Source: Candidatus Woesearchaeota archaeon
GTDB taxonomy: Archaea; Nanobdellota; Nanobdellia; Woesearchaeales; DSVV01
NCBI GenBank assembly: GCA_018661705.1
Contig: JABJHR010000010.1
Coordinates: forward strand, 66,911 to 130,910
DNA: 64,000 nucleotides
Reading direction: 5' to 3'
Shown here one piece after another: positions 37,395 to 46,736 of the stretch. Position 1 is the stretch's first letter, and every line of letters begins with the position of its first letter. The notes under the pieces were generated by a model, which made no database searches, had not been told where the DNA came from, and saw only the letters and a program-made list of their open reading frames with translations. The position numbers and the translations under genes were made by a program.

Positions 37395-39236
37395 TTAATA
37401 ATTCACTAAGACTTCGACATCTTTACCAAAGATCTTTTTCATGTCTTCAAAGATTTTCTCTTTAATGAAAACTTTTGATGGAATCTCTATCTTAGCTAGG
37501 TGTTTTTCTAGCTCTTCTAGGTTACTCTTTTGAGTTGTTCCAATTCCACCATCTTTATTGATCTTTGCTATACTGATTTCTTTGTCTTTGTGATCTATGT
37601 CATGGATAATAAATGCTGTATCATCTAATAATAATACTTCACCGTATCTGTTTCCATGTTTAACTCTAATTTTGGTTCTTTCTAGTTCTCTTCCACGCTT
37701 TCTTTGCATGTATTCTACTAAGAATCTAATTAGTTCTCCAGAAACTTTTCTTGCTTGTTCAATTTCTGTTTTACCTAACTTGCCTTTATCATAATCAGCT
37801 TTTGCTTTGACTATTTCATCAAGCATTCTTAGATATTTTTGTGGAATTAATCCTTTGTGAACCATTTCATTTTCAAAGATTTTTAAGATTTCAGAATCTT
37901 TTACTTTTTCAATTCCTTCTAATCTTAAAATATCTCGAACAATTGTTACAACAGATTCATAGATATGAACAATTGATTCTTTTTCTTTCATAACTTCTAT
38001 CTGTGTGAACAGTTTTTTGATTCTCTTAAGGAATTTCTCTGCATCCGTTAACAATTTGTCAACTTCTTTTCCATTAAGTGATTCTTTTGTTCCATGTTCA
38101 AGTTCTTTTCTAATTTGGATGTTGTGTTCGAGGATTTTAACATATTCTTCCTCTAACAGTTTTTCCTTTTTAACAAACACTTCTCTAAGAAGTTTTGCTG
38201 TTTCTCTTGGAGCCGGTGGTGGAACACCATACAACATTAAAGCTGCCTGTGAAGGAGTTAAGATTGCATAGTAAGTATCTTCCATACCTATTTCTTTAAT
38301 CTTAAAGCTAACTCTTTTCAACATTTGCTCACCAGAGTTCATGAACATATCAATTGCTTCCATTGATGGTTTAATTTTTCCCATCCTGAGCAACTGTTTC
38401 CATGGCATGAAAATTCCTCTGTCGAAGAATGGCACACCATCTCTTAGTAATGTAAAGATTATTGGGTTTGCTTCTTTTAATGAGTCCCAGAAGTCTGTTA
38501 GGATATATACTTGGATGTTAAGTTTGTTTTTAATTCCAGTAATTTCTCCTGCTTCAATACCCATTCCAATAATAATTGCTCTCAGCTTATCTTTAAGCTC
38601 AGCTCTTGTCATTCTTTTGACATCTGTATCATCAATTACAATGAAAACGTCAATGTCACTTGTAGAAGTTGCTTGTCCTCTTACTAAGCTTCCGCTTAAT
38701 ACATAGGTTACAATATATTTTTCAAACTTCTTAAGAATCATATTTTTGTGAAGCTCTGCAATTTTAACTGCGCTCAACATACCTGCGTCATATACAGGGG
38801 CTGATAATGCAATTAATTGTAGAACATCATATTTTGCGTCATAACAACTTTGCCAAAGTTCTGAAAAAATAACTGTTCTTGCTTCGATATTTTTGTCTGT
38901 TTCTTTAGCAATGTTTTCAATGATTGATCCTAATTTTGATTTTAACTCTTCTTTAGACATTTTCTTTGAGTCAGTATCATCGATAAGAACTAAAACATTG
39001 ATTTTGTCTAAATTTGGTTTTCCACCTTCTTTAGGTTTTTCTGGTGGTAGTAATGCAATTCCTGCAATATAAGATTCAAATTTTCCAAGAAGTTTTTTCT
39101 TGAATGTTTCTAATTTCGCTTTAATTTTATCTAATTTTTCCTGTGCTTCTTTTGGTAGCTCAGGTGCTCCTGGTGCAACTGGCACTGCAGGTAATTTTTG
39201 AACTTTTTTAACTTTCTTTGCTTGTTTTTTACTCAT
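37395..39236 (-). CDS. protein with two tandem minimal nucleotidyltransferase (Pol-beta-like) domains and a helical C-terminal region with an Rx4H (HEPN-like) motif
   Basis: GS...DID-type motifs twice (VLVLIDDTD; GSLVRGQATSTSDIDVFIVIDDTD), K-rich N-terminus, IRKELEH. Confidence 0.5.
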   Translation of the reverse strand: MSKKQAKKVKKVQKLPAVPVAPGAPELPKEAQEKLDKIKAKLETFKKKLLGKFESYIAGIALLPPEKPKEGGKPNLDKINVLVLIDDTDSKKMSKEELKSKLGSIIENIAKETDKNIEARTVIFSELWQSCYDAKYDVLQLIALSAPVYDAGMLSAVKIAELHKNMILKKFEKYIVTYVLSGSLVRGQATSTSDIDVFIVIDDTDVKRMTRAELKDKLRAIIIGMGIEAGEITGIKNKLNIQVYILTDFWDSLKEANPIIFTLLRDGVPFFDRGIFMPWKQLLRMGKIKPSMEAIDMFMNSGEQMLKRVSFKIKEIGMEDTYYAILTPSQAALMLYGVPPPAPRETAKLLREVFVKKEKLLEEEYVKILEHNIQIRKELEHGTKESLNGKEVDKLLTDAEKFLKRIKKLFTQIEVMKEKESIVHIYESVVTIVRDILRLEGIEKVKDSEILKIFENEMVHKGLIPQKYLRMLDEIVKAKADYDKGKLGKTEIEQARKVSGELIRFLVEYMQRKRGRELERTKIRVKHGNRYGEVLLLDDTAFIIHDIDHKDKEISIAKINKDGGIGTTQKSNLEELEKHLAKIEIPSKVFIKEKIFEDMKKIFGKDVEVLVNY

Positions 39237-39488
39237 TTTCTCACCTTTAGGTTTGTTTTATTAACTAATTGGCGTCTCATTGTCACTTTTAGTGACAACC
39301 ATATAATTAATAGTATATTTTCGTTATATAGTTTATAAAGTATTGTTTACTTCACAATATAGGTGTGTGACAAAATAGTCATATTTTAGTGTTTTTGGGT
39401 AGTTTTATTCTTCACTCAAGAGTAGTTATGAATCGAAAACTTTAAATATAAGTTAGGTCTTAAGAATATTAATTTAGGGGTAATATGC

Positions 39489-41174
39489 ATGACTGATAAA
39501 GACAAAGATGATAAATCTGGCAAAGGTATCTTTGGTAAATATAGTAATGCGGCAATAATGAGTTCTCTTCTTGGTCTACATAAACAACAGTCTTCTTATG
39601 GGATTGGTAATATCTTAGCAACCACAAATAATCCTAGTGAAATTGATCCTGATCTTAAAGAACGTATGGGTAAAAAGAAATTTACATTAACAGATGGTTC
39701 TGATGATAATACAGGATTTTCTTATAGAGGAAATGCTGGTCCCTTAGGTGATAGTCTTTCTACTAAACTATGGCATGATGAAGGTTTTAGATTAGGAGCA
39801 CAAGGAAGAATGCCACCAACTGATTTAAATGATGTTATGAAGAAAGAAGCAGTTGATCTAAAACCTAAAATTAGATTTCCACATAAAATCAGTGGTATGG
39901 AAGATACTGGTTTCTTTGATATGTCTGGAAGTATGCAACGTGCAGAATACCCGCAATATGATATGTTTGGAAATCCAACTAATAATGCTGCGATAAAAGC
40001 AGAAGTTGAGAGATTGGGGCTTGGTTCTAATTTTGTTGATCTTGGTTTAGAAAAAAAATCAGAGTCTTTGGATTTTATGAATACGTATAAAGAACTAAAA
40101 AAATCAATTTATCAAGAACCTATTCTTAAGAAACAAATTACTAACTTAAAAACTAATAAAAAACTAATTAAACCATTTATTGATAGTGATGGTAATGTGC
40201 AACATCTTGATACTGCAGAATTTGCTAGGATACTTGCTGAGGCTGGACCTAAAAGAGAACCTACTTTTTATCTTGGTCCAAATCCTGCTTATGATCAACA
40301 ACAGACTGAAGAATCTGGACAAAAACCTTATGTTGGAGAAGCTCTTGCTCAACCTATAACAGTTCGTGACGAGGGGAAATTTGCAAGAAGAAATGGTTAT
40401 GTGGAAGGTCTTGAAGGTAAGTTTATGCCTCAACATGGTTTAGACTTTAAAAAATTAATACCTGAAGGATTTGGTGTAGGTTCTGTTGAAGAAGTTATTA
40501 CAAATCCACAATCATTTATGGAATATATTAGTGCAGTTCAATTAGGTGCTCCAATGTCTGGTTCAAGAAGTAATCCAAGAATACTTGCTGGAAGAATTTT
40601 AGGATTTGCAGTTGCAGTTGCTCGTGAGGCAGGAGTGATTCTTGGGGCAGAAGATGTTCCACTTTCAAACAAACATTATAATGTTTGGATGGGTGGTTAT
40701 AATGGATTAGAAAGGGCAGCATTAGAACAAGAAAAAGATAATACTGTTACATCATTTTCACAACAACCAAAACAACTATCAAGAGAAGATTTAGAAGATG
40801 AAGCAATGTATCATGCTGGATTAAGAGTTTGGGCTTCACAACATGGTGGAGAACATATTCCTGTTAACTTATTAAGAAATCCAATTGCTTTAGAAGCATG
40901 TAAGAGAACATTAGAAGGGGGAATGCCTTCACCAAATTATCAAATGAAAGATATGGCTTATTATATGACCTTATCAGCTAATATGGATCCACATATGAAA
41001 ATGCAATTTTTAAGTGGCGGTCCAGTTGCAAGAGCACAACAATTAGTATCTCAATCATCTATTGCAAATAGGGCTGAAAGCGATAAATTATTCTATGAAA
41101 TAATTGGATATGAATGTGGTTTAGCTATGAAAATGGCTGGAAACTCAGTTGTTGATCAGATGAATAAAAGATAA
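39489..41174 (+). CDS. hypothetical protein, paralog 1 of a tandem pair (shared ~300-aa C-terminal domain)
   Basis: The C-terminal region aligns with the next gene: GLEGKFMPQHG / GLETKFMPEHG; ILAGRILGFAVAVAREAG / IVAGRILGYVIGVARETG; MDPHMKMQFLSGGPVARAQQL / MDPQMKMYFLRGGPVAHARQL. Confidence 0.5.
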   Translation: MTDKDKDDKSGKGIFGKYSNAAIMSSLLGLHKQQSSYGIGNILATTNNPSEIDPDLKERMGKKKFTLTDGSDDNTGFSYRGNAGPLGDSLSTKLWHDEGFRLGAQGRMPPTDLNDVMKKEAVDLKPKIRFPHKISGMEDTGFFDMSGSMQRAEYPQYDMFGNPTNNAAIKAEVERLGLGSNFVDLGLEKKSESLDFMNTYKELKKSIYQEPILKKQITNLKTNKKLIKPFIDSDGNVQHLDTAEFARILAEAGPKREPTFYLGPNPAYDQQQTEESGQKPYVGEALAQPITVRDEGKFARRNGYVEGLEGKFMPQHGLDFKKLIPEGFGVGSVEEVITNPQSFMEYISAVQLGAPMSGSRSNPRILAGRILGFAVAVAREAGVILGAEDVPLSNKHYNVWMGGYNGLERAALEQEKDNTVTSFSQQPKQLSREDLEDEAMYHAGLRVWASQHGGEHIPVNLLRNPIALEACKRTLEGGMPSPNYQMKDMAYYMTLSANMDPHMKMQFLSGGPVARAQQLVSQSSIANRAESDKLFYEIIGYECGLAMKMAGNSVVDQMNKR

Positions 41175-41267
41175 ACTTCTTTTTCATTTTCTACTCTTGA
41201 GTAGTTATAAAACAAAAGATTTATATAGTAAACAGGTGTATTTTCTTTAAGATTAGGGGTAAATTCA

Positions 41268-42452
41268 ATGTCAGATGATGATTTTTTAGCAGAGCTTGGA
41301 ATAAGTGAAGAAGATTTTGTTAAGCATAATAGAGAAATTGCTAGAAATAACCAGCTTTCTGATGATGATTTTGAAGAAGTTACTGCAAATCAAGCTATAG
41401 AAACAGAAACTGCTGTAGCAAGACAAAGAAAATATGAGCTAGGTTTTGAAGCTGGTTCTAAAGGTATTGAACCCCCAAATGGGATTTTTGAAGTTTTAAC
41501 TACTACAACAAAAACTACTGCTAACTTTGACATTAATAGGGATTTGTATGCACATGAAAATCCAGATGAACAAATTGCTATTCCTGAATTAACTGCTAAA
41601 CCAACTGAGCATTTATTAATTAATCCTGACACTCAAAATCTAGTTTTTAATGCCATAGAAAAAAAAGCAAGGGCTATAAAAAATGCACAAACAAAAACCG
41701 GGCATAAAAACGTCTCAGGATTAACAGGTTATATTGAAGGACTAGAAACTAAATTTATGCCAGAACACGGAATTATATTTGACGACACTATTCCAGCAGT
41801 AATTCCTGTTAGAACTATTGAAGAAATTTTATCTGATTCTAAAGCTTTTTCTGAATTTGATCAAGCAATTCAATTACATGGCCTTTATTATGGTGACTTA
41901 GTTAATCCCTACATTGTTGCTGGAAGAATTTTAGGATATGTTATTGGGGTTGCTAGAGAAACAGGTCTTGTAATAAATGCAGGAGAGGTTCCATTAACAA
42001 CACCTCAATATAAAGTTTGGATGAATGGTTTCAATGCAACTGAGAAAGAAATACCAAATGGAAAAAAGCCAGCTCAACAAACTTTTGAAGAAGAAGTTAT
42101 GTATATGGCTGGTCTTAGAATTTGGTTAGCTAAAAATGGTGGTCAACATATTCCTGCTCAAGAATTAAGACATCCTACTGCATTAAAAAAGTGTAAAGAA
42201 ACTTTAATTGGTGGTGATAATCCTACTTATTATGGGACTAGGGAAGTTTCTTATTATCTAACTTTAGCAAAATCTATGGATCCACAGATGAAAATGTATT
42301 TCTTAAGAGGGGGTCCAGTTGCACATGCAAGACAACTTGCATCTTCATCATCTTCAATGGCACAAAACAAAGAAGAATTATTTCAGGAAGTAATTGGCCA
42401 TGAATATGGGTTAGCGATGAGAATGAGTGTGGGAATTAATAACTTAAAATAA
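41268..42452 (+). CDS. hypothetical protein, paralog 2 of the tandem pair
   Basis: See paralog 1; 394 aa, lacks the first ~170 aa of paralog 1. Confidence 0.5.
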   Translation: MSDDDFLAELGISEEDFVKHNREIARNNQLSDDDFEEVTANQAIETETAVARQRKYELGFEAGSKGIEPPNGIFEVLTTTTKTTANFDINRDLYAHENPDEQIAIPELTAKPTEHLLINPDTQNLVFNAIEKKARAIKNAQTKTGHKNVSGLTGYIEGLETKFMPEHGIIFDDTIPAVIPVRTIEEILSDSKAFSEFDQAIQLHGLYYGDLVNPYIVAGRILGYVIGVARETGLVINAGEVPLTTPQYKVWMNGFNATEKEIPNGKKPAQQTFEEEVMYMAGLRIWLAKNGGQHIPAQELRHPTALKKCKETLIGGDNPTYYGTREVSYYLTLAKSMDPQMKMYFLRGGPVAHARQLASSSSSMAQNKEELFQEVIGHEYGLAMRMSVGINNLK

Positions 42453-42602
42453 TTCTTTTCTTGTGAATTTAAGCTTTAATTTTTTCTTCATCTCTTTTTT
42501 CTTATTCTTCTTTTTATTTACTCGTTAGTAGTCCTCAAACACAATATTTATAAACACTTATTTGATTCTTTATGTAATAAACATACATATGAGGTTATAA
42601 TT

Positions 42603-43163
42603 ATGGCAGGAAATGTACATACAGAAACAGCAGGATTTTCAGAAAGAGAAACTGGTATAAATGCTCTTTTAGCTGAAGAAGTTGAACCAAGACTTATAGA
42701 TGAAGAATCAATTCCTTTAGATGTTGAACTTAATCAATTTGAACAGAGAGTTTATGATGCTTTAAGACCTAAGTTTGAGAGAGTAGGTTTTGATGTGGTT
42801 GTTAAAGGTTCTACACATAAGAAACATTTTCCAGAACATGATTATAGTTGGATTACTAAAGAATTAAGAAGAGCTGGAATTAATGCTCCTATAATTAAAC
42901 AAAAAACTCCAAGTAATTTCAAATATTTAATTGTAGAAGTTTCTCCGAGCGATGGACTTAGAAATGATGATCATTCCTTTGACCATAGTTATCACTTAAA
43001 ATCTGGATTTCATTCAAGATTAAATAAATTTATGACTGGTGGTGCAGTTCCACTTGATGATGCATCAAGAATTCCTGGCTATAAAAATGATGGTGTCTAT
43101 AAATATAGATTCAAAGTTGGTCCAGAAAGAGAAGCTCATGTAGAAATAAGATATACAAATTAA
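42603..43163 (+). CDS. hypothetical protein (third gene of the cluster)
   Basis: 186-aa ORF preceded by the same upstream palindromic motif as the two paralogs; hairpin terminator CCGACCA...TGGTCGG at 43195-43240. Confidence 0.45.
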   Translation: MAGNVHTETAGFSERETGINALLAEEVEPRLIDEESIPLDVELNQFEQRVYDALRPKFERVGFDVVVKGSTHKKHFPEHDYSWITKELRRAGINAPIIKQKTPSNFKYLIVEVSPSDGLRNDDHSFDHSYHLKSGFHSRLNKFMTGGAVPLDDASRIPGYKNDGVYKYRFKVGPEREAHVEIRYTN

Positions 43164-43350
43164 TTTCTTTATTAGACTAATATTAAACTCTCTCGTTCAC
43201 ACCGACCAAGATTAAGTGTTAATATCTTAATGTGGTCGGACAAAACATAAATTTATCATTTTACATTTTGCTCACTTGCCAAAATTGGCGATAGTTTAAT
43301 ATTAGCCTTTTTTATTAAACTTTATATATCATACAAATAATAACAAAAAA

Positions 43351-43656
43351 ATGAAAGAAATAACATCAGAAAAACTAGCTAAATACTTTGATGTAACTGG
43401 CAGAGCTTTAAAGAAAGTTAAAATAGTTGAAGGAAAGAAAGAAATAGATTTTAAAGCTAATGCAGAAGATTTCTTAGACATGGCTCAACGTTATTATAAT
43501 GATGCAAAACATTTTGAAGAAAAAGGAGATGTTGTTAATGCGTTTGCGGCTCTTAACTATGCCCATGGTTGGTTAGATGCAGGTGCTCGTCTTAATTTAT
43601 TTGATGTTGATGGAGATAATGTTTTGTTTACAGTAGATGCAAAAGAAGATAAATAA
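43351..43656 (+). CDS. small conserved archaeal-type hypothetical protein
   Basis: 101 aa, ...NAFAALNYAHGWLDAGARLNLFDVDGDNVLF... Confidence 0.4.
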   Translation: MKEITSEKLAKYFDVTGRALKKVKIVEGKKEIDFKANAEDFLDMAQRYYNDAKHFEEKGDVVNAFAALNYAHGWLDAGARLNLFDVDGDNVLFTVDAKEDK

Positions 43657-43673
43657 ATTCTTAAATCATTTTT

Positions 43674-45185
43674 TTAATTTTCTAATAATCTTTTCAAACC
43701 ATTAAGACCATTAGTTTTGTTATCTCCGTTAGAATACATTTGAGGAATTCTTAATACTGGTCCTGGTCTTATTTCAATAACACCTGCAGATACTTTTTCT
43801 TCTGCATCTATTGAATATTTTATTTCAGGTACTATTTCAACAGTATGATATTTTACTTCTCCATCTGTTTCTTTTTTCAATAACTTTTTCTTTGGTTTTG
43901 TTTCAACTGTTATTTCCCTAACAACACCATCAAAGCAGTTTATTAGTGTTGGTGTAAACCCAGGTTTATATGTTTTTAAAAAATTCCATGCCAGATTAAC
44001 ATACGGCATATCTCCTGCATAAATATGAATGTCTCCTGCTTCATTTCTTTGTTGTAATCTATAAAACGGATCAATCCCTATAACTTTTATTCTCATTGCA
44101 GAAGCTCCTAATGCATTGAATTGTTCATAAGGTAATTTTTCACCATCAACATGAACTGTTGCTTCAAGTGGTTTTAAAATTTCATGATGATATGATGTTG
44201 GAAAACCAATACTTCCCAAAACTAAAGCACCCATACCTCTACCAATTACTCTCACTGCTTTGATTACACTGGGTCTGTCCATTGGATACATTTTAAATGT
44301 TTCTTCTAATATTTGATCAATAAATTCACTTACTCTTTTTGTTCTTGCAATTTTATCAAATGAAATATCCAAAAGTTTTTCAACATATTCACTTGCTGGG
44401 TGAGTTACTGGCATAACTTTAATTAGTCTATCAATTGTATTTTCTATAACTGATTTGCTTACTTTTTTTAGTCTTTCTATATCTCTGTCTGTAAATAAAG
44501 CTTCAATTATATCATACAATACATGTCTTGCCATTTCATTTCCCGGCACTTTATCAACAGTTTTTTCAAGTAAAACTTTACTGACTTCTCTAACTTTGTC
44601 TGAGTCTTCTCTGCCATAATATTTTTCAAGAAAATTAGTTACACCTCCTGCAGCAAACACAAAACCATATTCTAGACTTTTAACATCATGTGGTTTTCCA
44701 ATTGGATATGTTCTAACTTCAAGTGTTTGTACTGGAAAAGTTGGAAATGTTTCTCCTCTATAATTTGCTTGAACAATTTTACTTATTAAAGTTTCAGGAG
44801 AATCTTTTATTTCAACAAGATTTGCAGTAAAATTAATTGTGCCTCTATTTCCAGGATAAATCAAAGGTAATTGCATAATTGGTGTTTCTGATACTTTTCC
44901 AGGATTTTCAAGATATGCTTTTCTGAGTCTTGCTTTATTAATCTGTGCAACTTGGTTAAGATAACTAGTAATACTTTGTTGGACTGTTCCATCGCCCCCA
45001 AATATTACTAATTGTTTAACACCAGCCTCAATAAATTCACTAACAGCATTTGGAACATCAGAAATATCTTCTGTTTGTCTAACTATACCATCATTTCTAA
45101 CAATTAATTCTAATCTCTCTGCTAACTTACGATCTTTTATATTTCCTTTAGCCTTTGGGTTTACTATGATGCCTATCTCTGTCAT
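43674..45185 (-). CDS. DAGK_cat/NAD-kinase-fold lipid-kinase-like protein with a long C-terminal extension
   Basis: QLVIFGGDGTVQQS (GGDG motif) in the N-terminal 80 aa; 503 aa. Confidence 0.5.
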   Translation of the reverse strand: MTEIGIIVNPKAKGNIKDRKLAERLELIVRNDGIVRQTEDISDVPNAVSEFIEAGVKQLVIFGGDGTVQQSITSYLNQVAQINKARLRKAYLENPGKVSETPIMQLPLIYPGNRGTINFTANLVEIKDSPETLISKIVQANYRGETFPTFPVQTLEVRTYPIGKPHDVKSLEYGFVFAAGGVTNFLEKYYGREDSDKVREVSKVLLEKTVDKVPGNEMARHVLYDIIEALFTDRDIERLKKVSKSVIENTIDRLIKVMPVTHPASEYVEKLLDISFDKIARTKRVSEFIDQILEETFKMYPMDRPSVIKAVRVIGRGMGALVLGSIGFPTSYHHEILKPLEATVHVDGEKLPYEQFNALGASAMRIKVIGIDPFYRLQQRNEAGDIHIYAGDMPYVNLAWNFLKTYKPGFTPTLINCFDGVVREITVETKPKKKLLKKETDGEVKYHTVEIVPEIKYSIDAEEKVSAGVIEIRPGPVLRIPQMYSNGDNKTNGLNGLKRLLEN

Positions 45186-45280
45186 ATTAGAAGAAAATCG
45201 CTCATGTTTTTTATATGTTTTGGTCAGGTTTTGTGTTATTATAAGGAATTTTGTTTTTTTTATGTGAAAAAGAAAGATTA

Positions 45281-45516
45281 ATGAGTGACATGTCCTACGG
45301 ACCTAGTGTTTAATTTTATAATGTGGTGAGATAACAAAAAACAACAACAAAGGCACAGACGGACTTTTTCCAAAAGTCCTATTCGGCCGGTACTTGAGAG
45401 TTCGTAGAACTCACTCTCTTCGCACCACCTCATCTGGCCGTGTTGTTTTTTGTACTAAGAAGATAATATTTAATACTCTTTAACAATTGCGGATGCTATT
45501 TTTCTCACTAAGAGTT
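45281..45516 (-). repeat. Composite element: A 3'-half, B copy (B3, 45339-45448, with an extra internal hairpin), then A 5'-half, all in reverse orientation
   Basis: gagtgacatgtcctacggacctagtgtt ... aacaacaacaaaggcacagacggactttttccaaaagtcc...ggccgtgttgtt ... taatactctttaacaattgcggatgctatttttctcactaagag. Confidence 0.65.
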
Positions 45517-45549
45517 TTTATATCTGTAATATCAAAAAAGAAAATAATC

Positions 45550-46056
45550 TTACCATTTACCAAATAAATACCCTAGAATTAAACCAACTATTAATCCAAT
45601 TAATGTTCCAAATGAGATTATATGTGCTTTTTCTCTTAGATCATCAAGGGATGTGAAATCAAAAGATTTTTTATTTGTTTTTTCAGCGTTTTTTGCAACA
45701 GTCTCAGTTTCTTTAATGTCTTGTTCTAATAACCCTTCAAAACTTGTAAAATCTTCGTGTTTTTTAATCTCTCCTTGAAGTTCTCCAACTCTTGTTTCTA
45801 TTAACTCTGTTATTTCACCTTTTGTGTAGAAGCAACTAACTGCCTCTGCTAGGTCAGAGTCTTTTAACACATCTTTAATCCAGTTTGAGAAATCATTTTT
45901 GTTTTCATTAACATGATGAGAAAATGATTCTTTATCCATTGTTTTCAATGCTTTTAGAAGTTCTTCTAAATTTACTAATTCTCCACCACTAACTACTTTA
46001 AACTTAAAATCGTGGTGTACATTACTTAATATTTTCTTGGCTTTTTTATGCATCAT
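45550..46056 (-). CDS. hypothetical protein with C-terminal TM helix; paralog of the next gene (shared HHVN-x-KNDF-x-WIKD motif)
   Basis: ESFSHHVNENKNDFSNWIKDVLKD here versus EHFVHHVNDKKNDFAKWIKDCMGE in 46083..46601. Confidence 0.45.
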   Translation of the reverse strand: MMHKKAKKILSNVHHDFKFKVVSGGELVNLEELLKALKTMDKESFSHHVNENKNDFSNWIKDVLKDSDLAEAVSCFYTKGEITELIETRVGELQGEIKKHEDFTSFEGLLEQDIKETETVAKNAEKTNKKSFDFTSLDDLREKAHIISFGTLIGLIVGLILGYLFGKW

Positions 46057-46082
46057 TTTTGTTTAATCTTTTTTTAATTAAT

Positions 46083-46601
46083 TTATTTAAATGATTTTAA
46101 CTCATTTGTAATATGTCTTAAGATTAATAATTCATTGCTTGACTTTGTTTTGTATTTTGCTAAGTCATTTGCTAATGTTTTTTCACCCATACAATCTTTA
46201 ATCCATTTTGCAAAGTCATTTTTCTTGTCATTAACATGATGCACAAAATGTTCTTCTTTCATATGTCTAATTGCTTTTGCTAAATCTAATAGATTATTAA
46301 ATTTGCTCCCACAACTGCTGTGAAACATTTTATCATTTCCAACATCTTTACTAAATTCAAAATTATGTTTATCTCCTAAATTTAGATTGTTATTCCATTT
46401 CTTATCTTTTATCCAATCCATGTTTATGTTTTTATCTTTAAAGTTTAGATTGGTAATTCCAACATTATTTGCTAGGCTTAATAATTCCTTATCTACAACC
46501 TTAGATTTCTTTGTTTTTGTTTTTTTTGCTTTAGAACTTGCAGTTTTCCTAGATTTAACTTTTTTTTGTGACATTGAAAATGTTTTTGCCATAATATGCA
46601 C
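46083..46601 (-). CDS. hypothetical protein, paralog (K-rich N-terminus)
   Basis: See previous. Confidence 0.45.
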   Translation of the reverse strand: MHIMAKTFSMSQKKVKSRKTASSKAKKTKTKKSKVVDKELLSLANNVGITNLNFKDKNINMDWIKDKKWNNNLNLGDKHNFEFSKDVGNDKMFHSSCGSKFNNLLDLAKAIRHMKEEHFVHHVNDKKNDFAKWIKDCMGEKTLANDLAKYKTKSSNELLILRHITNELKSFK

Positions 46602-46736
46602 CTCTTTTTATGATATAATCTTTTATAATGTAATATTATCTATATATTCTATACTCTGTAATAAAAGATATATAAATATTACTATTAAATTGGGGTTAAT
46701 ATGAAATTTTCGCTTGTTAAGGCAAGTGAGAAATAA

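Noticed and set aside
39489-43163. Interpreting the tandem paralog cluster as a prophage capsid module
   Set aside because: No terminase, portal, integrase or attachment-site signature is nearby. Kept only as a possibility inside the finding.
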